Virus record (IMG/VR): IMGVR_UViG_3300028886_002149
Direction: 5' to 3' (one strand)
Origin: an uncultured virus (IMG/VR IMGVR_UViG_3300028886_002149)
Taxonomy: Duplodnaviria > Heunggongvirae > Uroviricota > Caudoviricetes
Length of the DNA: 64,000 nt
Numbering within the stretch: position 1 is the first letter of the stretch; the number at the start of each line of letters is the position of its first letter. The position numbers and the translations under genes are program-made. Shown here piece by piece: positions 19,081-29,249 of the stretch. A model generated the notes under the pieces. That model was not told where the DNA came from, did not search any database, and saw only the letters and a program-made list of their open reading frames with translations.

Positions 19081-19287
19081 ATGTCAGATAAATGTTATAC
19101 GCCGGTCATTGCCGGATATGGTCCCAGCTATTCTTCGGTTATCGGAAAGAAGATCCCGAACGCGCATCCTTGCAACTGTAAGCATGAGTGCCCTTACGGA
19201 AAGGACAGAGCATTCTGTTTTCCCTGCTACGCCAAGATCATGAGCGAGCATAGGGCAGCCAGAAAACAAGCGACTGAGGGAGTGTGA
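19081..19287 (+). CDS. Small Cys-rich protein
   Basis: CNCKHECPY...CFPC; AAAGGA RBS before ATG 19081. Confidence 0.65.
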   Translation: MSDKCYTPVIAGYGPSYSSVIGKKIPNAHPCNCKHECPYGKDRAFCFPCYAKIMSEHRAARKQATEGV

Positions 19288-19291
19288 TGCC

Positions 19292-20161
19292 ATGCAGTTC
19301 GACTACTTTTATCCGGAGGAGTCGGAAAACTATGTATTCTACAGAACACCAAAGGTTCTTTGTACGGATAAAAGATTCCGGGGACTTTCTTCGGATGCAA
19401 AGCTTTTGTATGGAATCCTTTTGGATCGTATCCAGTTGTCCAAGAAAAACAGATGGATCGATGATGAAGGACATGTCTACGTCTATATGACTATCGACAG
19501 TATTGAGCAGGCTCTTGGGCGCTGCCATCAGAAATCCTGCAAGGTCCTGAAGGAACTTGTGAATTTCGGCCTTGTAGAGCAGAAGAAGCAGGGACTTGGG
19601 AAACCAACAAAGCTTTATGTGCATAACTTTGGCCGAGTATGGGATTCAAACCTACAGAAGTATGAAACACATACCCACGGAAGTATGCAGGACATACCTG
19701 CGGAAGTATGCGACTCATACTCTAATAATACTGAGATAAATAATACTGAAATAAGTGATAACAATCCTATCCTATCCGGAAGGGATGAGGATAAGGATGA
19801 GAGAAGTGCCTACCGTGAATACCTTTTGTCACAGCTTGATATGGCGATTCTCTACGAGCGGTATCCCTATGACAGAGAGACTTTGGATTCGATCCTGGAC
19901 ATGATGATGGATGTGATCTGTTCCAAAAGAAAGACGATCCGTATTGCAGGAGATGACAAGCCTGTCAGTGTAGTCAAATCTCAGTTTCTGAAGCTCAATT
20001 CCATGCACATAGAGTATGTCATGGATTGCCTGAAGAATAACCCTGCAAAGGTCAGAAACATCAAGCAGTATCTGCTTGCAACACTTTATAATGCTCCGCT
20101 TACCATGCAGAGCTATTACCAGGCCTGGGTCAACAACGATATGGCTGAAGGCAGAATCTAA
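19292..20161 (+). CDS. repA: RepA_N-family replication initiator with DUF6017-like C-terminus
   Basis: FYRTPKVL, AKLLYG.LLDR..LS.KN.W.D..G, QGLGKP, RNIKQYLLATLYNA. Confidence 0.88.
   Translation: MQFDYFYPEESENYVFYRTPKVLCTDKRFRGLSSDAKLLYGILLDRIQLSKKNRWIDDEGHVYVYMTIDSIEQALGRCHQKSCKVLKELVNFGLVEQKKQGLGKPTKLYVHNFGRVWDSNLQKYETHTHGSMQDIPAEVCDSYSNNTEINNTEISDNNPILSGRDEDKDERSAYREYLLSQLDMAILYERYPYDRETLDSILDMMMDVICSKRKTIRIAGDDKPVSVVKSQFLKLNSMHIEYVMDCLKNNPAKVRNIKQYLLATLYNAPLTMQSYYQAWVNNDMAEGRI
19636..19760 (+). repeat. Iterons/probable replication origin inside repA
   Basis: AGTATG-N5-CA(T/A)AC four times at exact 23-bp period (19636, 19659, 19682, 19705), then two AATAATACTGA(G/A)ATA AT-rich repeats. 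Confidence 0.8.
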
Positions 20162-20175
20162 GGAGGAAGAACAAA

Positions 20176-20586
20176 TTGAATAGACTTAAAGTAACCATCG
20201 AATTGGATCCGGTAAATGACGGAGCGGTTTTTGCTGAGAGCAGTTTTAAGAAGAAGGAGGAAGGCGCTCTGATCATCGGAACCAATGGCGAGAAGAGGAT
20301 CGCCGGTGTGATCGAAACCCAGAAGATCCTGGATAGCCTGACTGCTGTAGGTCACGGCGAGTACATGGGTAAGACTGATTATCTCATGATGATCAACGGA
20401 AACAAGGTGTTAAAGATCGGTACCGGTGAATGCTTTATCGGCTCCGCTCTCATCATGAAGTATGACGGTAAAGGCTTAGGCTTTTTGTCCGGTGATGAGT
20501 TTGATGAGGCAGCCAAGGAGTTTGAGAGCAGGCTGATCACTATTGTTGGCGACGGGCAGGAATTCTCTGCCTATGAACTTTTATAG
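20176..20586 (+). CDS. Hypothetical protein
   Basis: AGGAGG RBS, TTG start, in operon. Confidence 0.65.
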   Translation: MNRLKVTIELDPVNDGAVFAESSFKKKEEGALIIGTNGEKRIAGVIETQKILDSLTAVGHGEYMGKTDYLMMINGNKVLKIGTGECFIGSALIMKYDGKGLGFLSGDEFDEAAKEFESRLITIVGDGQEFSAYELL

Positions 20587-20596
20587 GAGGTGTGAC

Positions 20597-20932
20597 ATGA
20601 GCAGAACAATTCCCAGAGCATATGTAACGGCTGCATGGCCGAAAAACCGCGTAGATGCAGAAGATCTGGCGCGGAAATATTGTGGCGAGCTGGTGAAGGC
20701 AGGGTATCTTCCTTTATGCCCGGTGCTCGCTTTCTCCGGAATCATCAGTGAGGACGATCCTGATGCTGAAAAGAAACGCAGGGAGATGTCGGAGGATCTT
20801 TTAAAACGTGCGAGATTTCTCGTTGTCTGTGGCAGAAAGATCAATGATGATGTCAGGGCTGACATTTCTGTTGCCAAGCATTCCAAAGTCATTCCTACAA
20901 CGCTGGAGGGCGTTTTGGAGTGCGGTGAATAG
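20597..20932 (+). CDS. DUF4406/nucleoside deoxyribosyltransferase-like small protein
   Basis: AY+.A.W...ARKYC...GYLPLCP...L.VCG. Confidence 0.55.
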   Translation: MSRTIPRAYVTAAWPKNRVDAEDLARKYCGELVKAGYLPLCPVLAFSGIISEDDPDAEKKRREMSEDLLKRARFLVVCGRKINDDVRADISVAKHSKVIPTTLEGVLECGE

Positions 20933-20972
20933 TGAAATGATAGTGAAACAATAATGGAAAGGAAGTGAGGAC

Positions 20973-21476
20973 TTGAACGAGGAAGTATCTGATAAAACGG
21001 TGCGCCTGGCTATTACGACAACGAAAGTAACCGTGCGGATGCTCATCAGAGGGCTGGTTGCGTGGAAGCGGAATCATGACAGAAAGAAGGATGTAAACCG
21101 CATGGCCAAAGATACCACTCCTCATGGCAAGCAGAGCGTGAAGGAGCTTGTTGGTCAGGGCCAGGGTGTATCCAGCATGGAGATCGGTGATTCCGGTATC
21201 AGAGATTTCAAAAAGATCGCCAATAAGTACGGCGTGGATTTTGCAATCGTTAAGGATAAGGAAGTCGATCCGCCAAAGTACACGGTCTTCTTTAAGGCCA
21301 GAGATGCGGATGCGATCACACAGATCCTGAAGGAATATGCTGCAAAACAGACCAAGCGTAAAAAGGCGGCTGAGAAGGAACGCCCGAGCATCCTGCAGAA
21401 GCTGAAAAAGTTCAAAGAGAAAGTGGCTTCCATGCCTCGAAAAGATAAGGAAAAACGGAAGGAGATGGAACGATGA
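20973..21476 (+). CDS. pcfB: PcfB family conjugation protein
   Basis: HGKQSVKEL, KYGVDFA, VFFKARDADA. Confidence 0.85.
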   Translation: MNEEVSDKTVRLAITTTKVTVRMLIRGLVAWKRNHDRKKDVNRMAKDTTPHGKQSVKELVGQGQGVSSMEIGDSGIRDFKKIANKYGVDFAIVKDKEVDPPKYTVFFKARDADAITQILKEYAAKQTKRKKAAEKERPSILQKLKKFKEKVASMPRKDKEKRKEMER

Positions 21477-23239
21477 AACAAAAGAAGAATCTAAAAAAGC
21501 TCATCATCCTGAATATTCCTTATATCGTGATCGGGCTGGTGGCAACCAATGTAGGCGAAGCCTTCCGTATCGCGAGTGGCACAAACGCGTCGGAGAAGGT
21601 GCAGAGTGTTGTCCTGGACGGATGCTTTGGCACTGCATTTTCAAATCCCATGCCGAGCTTTCATCCCGCAGATCTTTTGGTGGGACTTGCAATCGGTGGG
21701 ATCTTACGACTGGCGGTTTATATCAAAAGCAAGAATGCAAAGAAGTTCCGGCATAATCAGGAATACGGCTCTGCCAGATGGGGGACGCATGCGGACATAG
21801 AACCATATATGGATCCTGTGTTTGCAAACAATGTGATCCTGTCACAGACAGAGAGGCTGACGATGAATAATCGTCCGGCGAATCCGAAGTATGCCAGGAA
21901 CAAGAACACGCTGGTTGTCGGCGGCTCAGGTTCAGGTAAGACGCGCTTTTTCATAAAACCGAACCTGTTGCAGCTCCACAGTTCATACGTACTTACCGAT
22001 CCCAAAGGTACAGTGTTACCTGAGGTCGGAAACGCTCTTTTGAAGAATGGATACAGGATCAAGATCTTCAATACCATCAATTTCAAAAAGAGCATGCATT
22101 ACAATCCATTCGCATATGTACATGACGAGAAGGATATCCTGAAGCTCGTAACCACGCTGATCGCTAACACCAAGGGTGAGGGAAAAGGCGGGGATGAGTT
22201 CTGGGAGAAAGCAGAGAAACTGTTATATTCCGCGCTCATTGGTTACATCCATTATGAAGCACCGGAGGAAGAGCAGAACTTCTCAACCCTGCTTGAAATG
22301 ATCAATGCGATGGAAGTCAGGGAAGATGATGAAGAGTTCAAAAATCCCGTAGATCTCATGTTTGAAGAGCTGGCAGAAAGGGACCCGGATCACTTTGCGG
22401 TAAGGCAATATGCCAAGTACAAATTAAGTGCCGGCAAGACAGCCAAGTCCATACTTGTGAGCTGCGGTGCAAGGCTTGCTCCCTTTGATATAAAGGAGCT
22501 CCGTGAGATCACGGCATACGATGAACTTGAACTTGATACCCTGGGAGATAAGAAGACAGCGCTATTCCTTATCATGTCTGATACGGATGCGACCTTCAAT
22601 TTCCTGATCAGTATGGTGTACACACAATTATTCAATCTGTTATGCGAAAAAGCGGATGATGTGTACGGTGGGAGACTTCCGGTACATGTGAGGTGCCTGA
22701 TCGATGAGGCGGCCAACATCGGACAGATCCCAAATCTTGAGAAGCTTATGGCTACCATCCGTAGCCGTGAGATATCTGCAGCACTTGTGTTGCAGGCAAA
22801 ATCGCAGTTAAAAGCGATTTACAAAGACAATGCAGATACCATCATCGGTAACTGCGACTCCCAGATCTTTCTGGGAGGCTCTGAACAGACGACTCTTAAG
22901 GACCTCAACACGACTCTTGGTAAAGAGACAATCGATATGTATAACACGGGGGAGACCAGAGGAACGAGTCAGAGCTACAACATGAACTACCAAAAGTTAG
23001 GTCATGATCTTATGAGTATTGATGAACTGGCGGTCATGGACGGAGGTAAATGTATTGTCCAGGTCAGAGGCGTAAGACCTTTTCTATCGAGTAAGTATGA
23101 CTTAACGCAGCATCCAAATTATCCGCTCACAGCAGATGCGGATAAAAGGAACCTCTTCGACATCGAAAAGTTCCTGAATCACAACTTAATATTGAAACCT
23201 GATGACAAATACGAAGTCATCGAAATCACCGAAGAATAA
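21473..23239 (+). CDS. virD4: VirD4/TraG type IV coupling protein
   Basis: YGSARW, GGSGSGKT, TDPKG, LIDEAANIG. Confidence 0.95.
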   Translation: MKQKKNLKKLIILNIPYIVIGLVATNVGEAFRIASGTNASEKVQSVVLDGCFGTAFSNPMPSFHPADLLVGLAIGGILRLAVYIKSKNAKKFRHNQEYGSARWGTHADIEPYMDPVFANNVILSQTERLTMNNRPANPKYARNKNTLVVGGSGSGKTRFFIKPNLLQLHSSYVLTDPKGTVLPEVGNALLKNGYRIKIFNTINFKKSMHYNPFAYVHDEKDILKLVTTLIANTKGEGKGGDEFWEKAEKLLYSALIGYIHYEAPEEEQNFSTLLEMINAMEVREDDEEFKNPVDLMFEELAERDPDHFAVRQYAKYKLSAGKTAKSILVSCGARLAPFDIKELREITAYDELELDTLGDKKTALFLIMSDTDATFNFLISMVYTQLFNLLCEKADDVYGGRLPVHVRCLIDEAANIGQIPNLEKLMATIRSREISAALVLQAKSQLKAIYKDNADTIIGNCDSQIFLGGSEQTTLKDLNTTLGKETIDMYNTGETRGTSQSYNMNYQKLGHDLMSIDELAVMDGGKCIVQVRGVRPFLSSKYDLTQHPNYPLTADADKRNLFDIEKFLNHNLILKPDDKYEVIEITEE

Positions 23240-23291
23240 GGCTCTTCTGATCAGCGATAAAGGCTGAGAGGACAGGGCCTTTTCTTATGCC
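23239..23291 (+). terminator. Intra-operon terminator-like hairpin after virD4
   Basis: AGGCTCT...TCAGC-loop-GCTGA...AGGGCCT-TTTCTTATGCC. Confidence 0.55.
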
Positions 23292-23410
23292 CAAATCTCC
23301 GGAGGCGGGCAGATATACGGCCGTATCGCAAAAGTCAGTCGACGGGCTTTTGCAAAGAACACGTAAACCAACAAACACAAACAAAAAACATTTTATGGAG
23401 GATTAACATT

Positions 23411-23623
23411 ATGGCATTTTTTCAGAGCGCAGTAGGCGTACTTCAGACACTCGTAGTTGCACTTGGTGCAGGTCTTGGCATTTGGGGAGCTATCAACCTC
23501 ATGGAAGGTTACGGTAACGATAACCCCGGCGCGAAGTCCCAGGGCATGAAGCAGCTCATGGCCGGTGGCGGTGTTGCACTCATCGGTATCACTCTTGTGC
23601 CTCTTCTTTCCGGACTTTTCTGA
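23411..23623 (+). CDS. Maff2 family (VirB2-like) membrane protein
   Basis: GAGLGIWGAINLMEGYGNDNPGAKSQGMKQLMAGGG. Confidence 0.92.
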   Translation: MAFFQSAVGVLQTLVVALGAGLGIWGAINLMEGYGNDNPGAKSQGMKQLMAGGGVALIGITLVPLLSGLF

Positions 23624-23693
23624 TCGGAACGGAGGATGAAGCGGAGCCGGGGTAGAATCCTCGGCTCCTGTTAGGCAGAACAGGAGGTAACAA

Positions 23694-24560
23694 GTGGACA
23701 GCATACTTCAGTCAATAGAGGACTGGTTCCGAGGTCTGCTTGTTTCAGGCATTATGGACAATCTGACAAACACCTTCGATTCGGTAAACAATCAGGTGGG
23801 GCAGATTGCCACAGAGGTAGGACAGACTCCTGCCAACTTTTCACCGGCGGTATATAACATGATCCGTACTCTTTCGGAGAACGTGATCATGCCGATCGCC
23901 GGACTGATACTTACTTTTATCGCCTGTTACGAGCTGATCCAGCTGGTCGTCGGCCATAACAATTTGGCAAACTTTGAAACTTGGATCTTCTGGAAGTGGA
24001 TCTTCAAAACTTTTGTAGCAGTAACCTTGATAACCAACACGATGAACATCACCATGGCGGTATTTGATGTGGCGCAGCATGTGGTTTCCCAGGCGGGAGG
24101 ACTGATCAGCGGAAGCACAGCAGTTGATGCCAGCACCCTTGCAACGATGCAGAGTGCATTGGAAGCCATGGATATCGGGCCACTATTATCCATCTATCTG
24201 CAATCGCTGATTGTGCAGTTTCTAATGTATATTCTGTCGGCACTGATCTTTGTCATCGTATATGCACGAATGATCGAGATTTACCTGATGGTTTCTCTTG
24301 CACCTATCCCTTTTGCAACTTTTGGCAACAGAGAGCAGAGCATGATCGGGCAGAATTATTTAAGGTCACTGTTTGCACTGGGCTTCCAGGGATTTTTAAT
24401 CATGGTGTGTGTAGGAATCTATGCAGTGCTTATCCAGACGGTAGCATTCTCTTCCGATATTATCGGATCCCTTTGGGGAGTCATGGGCTACACGATACTT
24501 CTGGCATTCACGCTCTTTAAGACAGGAGCAATCGCAAAGAGTATTCTCCACGCGCACTAA
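23694..24560 (+). CDS. VirB6/TrbL-like conjugal transfer membrane protein
   Basis: Multi-TM; RMIEIY...APIPFAT...GQNYLRSLFALGFQG. Confidence 0.88.
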   Translation: MDSILQSIEDWFRGLLVSGIMDNLTNTFDSVNNQVGQIATEVGQTPANFSPAVYNMIRTLSENVIMPIAGLILTFIACYELIQLVVGHNNLANFETWIFWKWIFKTFVAVTLITNTMNITMAVFDVAQHVVSQAGGLISGSTAVDASTLATMQSALEAMDIGPLLSIYLQSLIVQFLMYILSALIFVIVYARMIEIYLMVSLAPIPFATFGNREQSMIGQNYLRSLFALGFQGFLIMVCVGIYAVLIQTVAFSSDIIGSLWGVMGYTILLAFTLFKTGAIAKSILHAH

Positions 24561-24578
24561 AAGAAAGGAACTAACAAT

Positions 24579-25067
24579 ATGGCAGCATCATATATCTCGG
24601 TGCCTCGTGATCTTACGAAGGTAAAGAGCAAGGTGATGTTCAATCTGACAAAAAGACAGCTGATCTGCTTTAGCGTGGCGGCACTCATCGGGGTGCCGTC
24701 ATTCTTTTTGATAAAGCAGATTGCTTCTACAAGTACGGCAGCCATAGGAATGATGGTCATCATGATGCCCTTCTTTTTCCTGGCAATGTACGAAAAGAAC
24801 GGACAGCACCTTGAGGTTATCTTAAGGCATTTGATCGAGGCAACCTTTGTAAGGCCGAAGGAGAGACCTTATAAGACAAACAATAATTATGCGGCGCTTG
24901 AAAGATACGCGCAGGCAAATGACGAGATCATAAACATCATCATGTACAACCTGGCTATGGAGCCGGAGAGAAACAGACACAGGAAGGAGGAACCTGACTT
25001 TGATCAGTATTTTCAGGAAAAAAGAGAAAAGAGAATTAAAGCTTCCCGCAAATCTGACCGCAGCTGA
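24579..25067 (+). CDS. prgI: PrgI family protein (VirB3-like)
   Basis: VPRDLTKVKSKVMFNLTKRQLICF, YEKNG. Confidence 0.88.
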   Translation: MAASYISVPRDLTKVKSKVMFNLTKRQLICFSVAALIGVPSFFLIKQIASTSTAAIGMMVIMMPFFFLAMYEKNGQHLEVILRHLIEATFVRPKERPYKTNNNYAALERYAQANDEIINIIMYNLAMEPERNRHRKEEPDFDQYFQEKREKRIKASRKSDRS

Positions 25068-27438
25068 GAAGAAAGAGGTAAGACGCATCATCGAGCAGGC
25101 GAGTGGGGATGACGGCATTCCCAGAACAGCACAGCAGTCGATCCCTTTTGACAGAATGTTTCAGGATGGTATCTGCAGGATCGGAAGTGATTATTACACG
25201 AAGACGATCCAATTCCAGGATATCAACTATCAGCTTGCATTGCAGGAGGATAAGACAGAGATTTTCGAGGAATGGTGTGCATTCCTTAACTTTTTTGACA
25301 GCTCGGTACACTTCGAACTGAGTTTTATGAACATGGCAACGGATGTGGATGACTTCCGTACCGGCATCGCGATTCCGCATAGAAAGGATGAGTTCAACGG
25401 AGTCAGAGATGAATACAGTTCCATGCTCTTTCATCAGATGGAAGCAGGAAACAACGGTCTCACTAAGACAAAGTTTTTGACCTTCGGAATTCATGCGGAT
25501 TCCATCAAGGCGGCAAAGCCCAGGATCATCCATATCGAGACGGACATCTTGAATAACTTCAAGAGACTTGGAGTTCAGGCGAGAGTCCTTAACGGTAAAG
25601 AAAGACTGGCGCTTATGCATCAGCAGTTCCATATGGGAGACAGGGAGAAGTTCAATTTCGATTGGAAGTATCTTCTCGGGTCCGGTCTTTCCGTAAAAGA
25701 TTTTATCGCACCTAGCAGCTTTTCGTTTCCTACGGGAAAGAGATTTACGATGGGAAGTCTTTATGGGGCAATGAGCTTTTTGTCCATCGATGCATCGGAC
25801 ATTTCCGACAGGATGCTGGCAGATTTCCTCAACATGGAGTCCAGCCAGATCGTGACCATGCACATTCAGTCGGTGGATCAGAATGAAGCGATCAAAACCG
25901 TAAAGCATACGATCACAGAACTTGATCGAAGCAAGATTGAGGAGCAGAAGAAGGCGGTCCGTGCCGGATACGATATGGATATCATCCCTTCGGATCTTGC
26001 GACTTTTGGTAAGGATGCCAAAGCACTCCTTAAAGAGTTGCAGAGCCAGAACGAGAGAATGTTTTTGCTTACATTTCTCATCATGAATACCGGGCGCACG
26101 GAGCAGGAGCTTGAAAACAATGTGTTCCAGGCAAAGTCCATCGCACAGAAGCACAACTGCAATCTGGTAAGACTTGACTTCCAGCAGGAGCAGGGGCTTA
26201 TGAGCTCACTTCCTTTGGCAAATAACCTTATCGAGATCCAGCGCGGAATGACGACTTCAAGTACGGCGATCTTTGTTCCCTTTACCACTCAGGAATTATT
26301 CCAGTCAGGGGACGAGGCTTTGTATTACGGGCTTAACGCTCTTTCCAACAACCTTATCATGGTGGACAGAAAGATGCTGAAAAACCCGAACGGATTGATC
26401 CTCGGTACTCCCGGTTCCGGTAAATCTTTTGCTGCAAAGAGGGAGATCGCAAACGCATTCCTGGTTACGGACGATGATGTGATCATATCGGATCCTGAGG
26501 CAGAGTATTCACCACTGGTTGAAAGGTTCGGCGGTCAGGTCATTAAGATCGCACCTACCAGCACTCAGTACATCAATCCGATGGATATCAACATGAACTA
26601 CTCGGATGATGATAACCCCATCGCTTTGAAGGCAGATTTCATTTTGTCTTTGTGCGAGCTTATTGTGGGTGGCAAGGAGGGCCTGCAGCCGGTTGAGAAG
26701 ACGGTCATCGACCGTTGTATCCATCAGATCTATCAGAAGTATTTTGAAGATCCGAGACCGGAAAAGATGCCTCTTCTCGAAGATCTTTACAATGCATTAC
26801 TTAAGCAGGATGAGCCCGAAGCCAAACATGTGGCGACTGCGCTTGAAATTTACGTATCTGGTTCACTGAATGTGTTTAACCACAGGACCAACGTGGACAT
26901 TACAAATCGCCTTGTATGTTACGACATCAAGGAACTCGGTAAGCAACTTAAAAAGATCGGAATGCTTGTAGTGCAGGATCAGGTGTGGGGCAGAGTCACT
27001 GAGAACCGTGCCCAGGGAAAGAGCACACGCTACTACATGGATGAGATGCACCTTCTTCTTCGTGAAGATCAGACAGCGGCCTATACGGTTGAGATCTGGA
27101 AGCGCTTCAGAAAGTGGGGCGGTATTCCTACCGGTATCACGCAGAACGTTAAAGACCTTCTGGCATCGAAGGAAGTCGAGAATATCTTTGAGAACTCAGA
27201 CTTCATCTACATGTTAAACCAGGCGGTCGGCGACAGACAGATCCTTGCAAAGCAGCTCAATATCAGTCCTCATCAGCTTTCGTATGTTACTCACAGCGGA
27301 GCAGGTGAAGGACTAATTTTTTACGGCAATGTAATACTTCCCTTTGTAGACAGATTCCCTACGGATATCGAGCTCTACCGCATCATGACCACGAAGCTTT
27401 CCGAGATCACTGAGGCGAAGGAAGAAGTAAAAGCGTGA
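25000..27438 (+). CDS. virB4: VirB4-like conjugation ATPase
   Basis: TAQQSIP, GTPGSGKS, DPEAEY, YMDEMH, RKWGG. Confidence 0.95.
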   Translation: MISIFRKKEKRELKLPANLTAAEKKEVRRIIEQASGDDGIPRTAQQSIPFDRMFQDGICRIGSDYYTKTIQFQDINYQLALQEDKTEIFEEWCAFLNFFDSSVHFELSFMNMATDVDDFRTGIAIPHRKDEFNGVRDEYSSMLFHQMEAGNNGLTKTKFLTFGIHADSIKAAKPRIIHIETDILNNFKRLGVQARVLNGKERLALMHQQFHMGDREKFNFDWKYLLGSGLSVKDFIAPSSFSFPTGKRFTMGSLYGAMSFLSIDASDISDRMLADFLNMESSQIVTMHIQSVDQNEAIKTVKHTITELDRSKIEEQKKAVRAGYDMDIIPSDLATFGKDAKALLKELQSQNERMFLLTFLIMNTGRTEQELENNVFQAKSIAQKHNCNLVRLDFQQEQGLMSSLPLANNLIEIQRGMTTSSTAIFVPFTTQELFQSGDEALYYGLNALSNNLIMVDRKMLKNPNGLILGTPGSGKSFAAKREIANAFLVTDDDVIISDPEAEYSPLVERFGGQVIKIAPTSTQYINPMDINMNYSDDDNPIALKADFILSLCELIVGGKEGLQPVEKTVIDRCIHQIYQKYFEDPRPEKMPLLEDLYNALLKQDEPEAKHVATALEIYVSGSLNVFNHRTNVDITNRLVCYDIKELGKQLKKIGMLVVQDQVWGRVTENRAQGKSTRYYMDEMHLLLREDQTAAYTVEIWKRFRKWGGIPTGITQNVKDLLASKEVENIFENSDFIYMLNQAVGDRQILAKQLNISPHQLSYVTHSGAGEGLIFYGNVILPFVDRFPTDIELYRIMTTKLSEITEAKEEVKA

Positions 27439-27452
27439 AAGGACATGGATAA

Positions 27453-29240
27453 ATGAATGAAGGGATTTACACCAGGGATAAGAGCGCCAAACGGCGCGTA
27501 GAACCTGAAAACCAGACAAAGAATAGGTCGCATGCCGGGAAGCTCAAGAACGAGACTTCCCGCGCAGAGGCCATGCGTAAAAAGCTTCGTACCGGAAAAG
27601 CAGATACTTCCGAAACAAAGCTGGAGATCAGAAAGACAGCGAAAATCCATAAGCAGGGTAGAAAGGCTGCGAGAAAGAACGCTGTAGTCTCCGGCGAGAT
27701 CAGACATCAGCTGAATGAAGCCAATGAAGATCAGAATGCCGGCGGTGATGCAATAAATGCAGGAAGCCAGGTGGTTGAGAATGGAATATACAGTATCAAA
27801 AAGAAAGGTGGAAAATCAGCAGATGCCAATGGTTACAGCTTAAAGCTGCACAGATCAAGGCATGGTGAGACACAGGGAGGAACCGGCACAAAAAATGCGA
27901 CAGTTGCCGAAGGGGATGCTGCAAAACACCAAGCACAAAAGAATCTCATGAAAAAGGAGATCCAGAAGCAGGCCTTTAAGGAACGTGCCAGAGAAACGGC
28001 AAATGCATCCGGCGGATTCATGAAGAGGTTTGTCGATAAAGCGGAGGATATGGCCGGCAGGCTTGCTGAAGCGGTTGCTGAATTCATAGAGGAGCATCCT
28101 CTTGGATTTTTAATCGCCGGGGTTGTTCTGCTCGTCGTCATACTACTTTCAAGTATGCTCAGTTCCTGTTCTATGATGGCAGGTGGTGGAAGTAACTCGA
28201 TCATAGCTACAAGCTTTACAGCACAGGATGCGGATATCCTCGCGGTTGAAGCAGATTACCAGGGCTTGGAAACGGATCTACAGCGGAAGATCGATAACAT
28301 CGAAACGGATTATCCCGGATACGATGAATACAACTATTCGCTCAGCGAGATTTCTCATAATCCGTTTGAACTGGCGGCACTGCTTACGGTTATATATGAG
28401 GATTATACCGAGAGTGAAGCTCAAGCGATGCTGCAGACCATTTTTGATTATCAGTACACGTTGACTGTTCAGCGAGTGGTTGAGACCAGGACGAGGACGG
28501 AGACCCGGTGGCACTGGGTGACATACTACCGGGATGAGGAAAGAACCGGATACCGCATGGTAAACGGTCATCTTGAAGAGTATACCTACACCGTATCGGT
28601 TCCGTACCAGGAGTATGAATCCTACGAGGTGGAGGTCGAGTACGAGTATTACATTCTGAACACAACTCTTACCAACAATGGTATTCAGGCAGCTGTAAAT
28701 GCTCTCGGATTAACTGATGAGCAGCTGAGGCGCTATGCGATACTTCTTGAAATGCGAGGAAATAAGCCGGATATCTTTGGCGATAACCCTTATGCAAATC
28801 CGGGCGTATCGGCAGAATATCAGGACTATGATGTTCCGGCGGAATATCTCACGGATCAGCAGTTTGCAAATATGCTGAATGAAGCAGAAAGGTACCTTGG
28901 ATATCCGTATGTCTGGGGAGGAAGCAGTCCGTCTACAAGCTTTGATTGTTCGGGCTTTGTAAGCTATGTGATCAATAATTGCGGGAATGGATGGAATTAC
29001 GGAAGACTCACCGCAAACGGATGGAAGAATGCAACAGCCAGGGTAAATGCGAGTGACGTAAAACCCGGTGACCTGATCTTCTTCCAGGGAACTTATGACA
29101 CATCCGGTGCGAGCCATGTGGGGATTGTAGTTGATCCGGCAAATAAGATCATGATCCATTGCGGCAACCCAATCCAGTATGCAAGCTATGACAGTAACTA
29201 TTGGAGACAGCATTTTTACTGCTACGGCAGAATTCAATAA
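27453..29240 (+). CDS. NlpC/P60 cell-wall hydrolase of the conjugation system
   Basis: TM segment; YVWGG, FDCSG, HVGI, IHCG. Confidence 0.9.
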   Translation: MNEGIYTRDKSAKRRVEPENQTKNRSHAGKLKNETSRAEAMRKKLRTGKADTSETKLEIRKTAKIHKQGRKAARKNAVVSGEIRHQLNEANEDQNAGGDAINAGSQVVENGIYSIKKKGGKSADANGYSLKLHRSRHGETQGGTGTKNATVAEGDAAKHQAQKNLMKKEIQKQAFKERARETANASGGFMKRFVDKAEDMAGRLAEAVAEFIEEHPLGFLIAGVVLLVVILLSSMLSSCSMMAGGGSNSIIATSFTAQDADILAVEADYQGLETDLQRKIDNIETDYPGYDEYNYSLSEISHNPFELAALLTVIYEDYTESEAQAMLQTIFDYQYTLTVQRVVETRTRTETRWHWVTYYRDEERTGYRMVNGHLEEYTYTVSVPYQEYESYEVEVEYEYYILNTTLTNNGIQAAVNALGLTDEQLRRYAILLEMRGNKPDIFGDNPYANPGVSAEYQDYDVPAEYLTDQQFANMLNEAERYLGYPYVWGGSSPSTSFDCSGFVSYVINNCGNGWNYGRLTANGWKNATARVNASDVKPGDLIFFQGTYDTSGASHVGIVVDPANKIMIHCGNPIQYASYDSNYWRQHFYCYGRIQ

Positions 29241-29249
29241 GGAGGCATT

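Noticed and set aside
19636..19720. Regularly spaced palindromic repeats as a mini CRISPR array
   Set aside because: Period of only 23 bp, inside an intact rep ORF, no cas genes; iterons explain it
25036..26154. 372-aa minus-strand ORF
   Set aside because: Antisense shadow of virB4, no recognisable motifs
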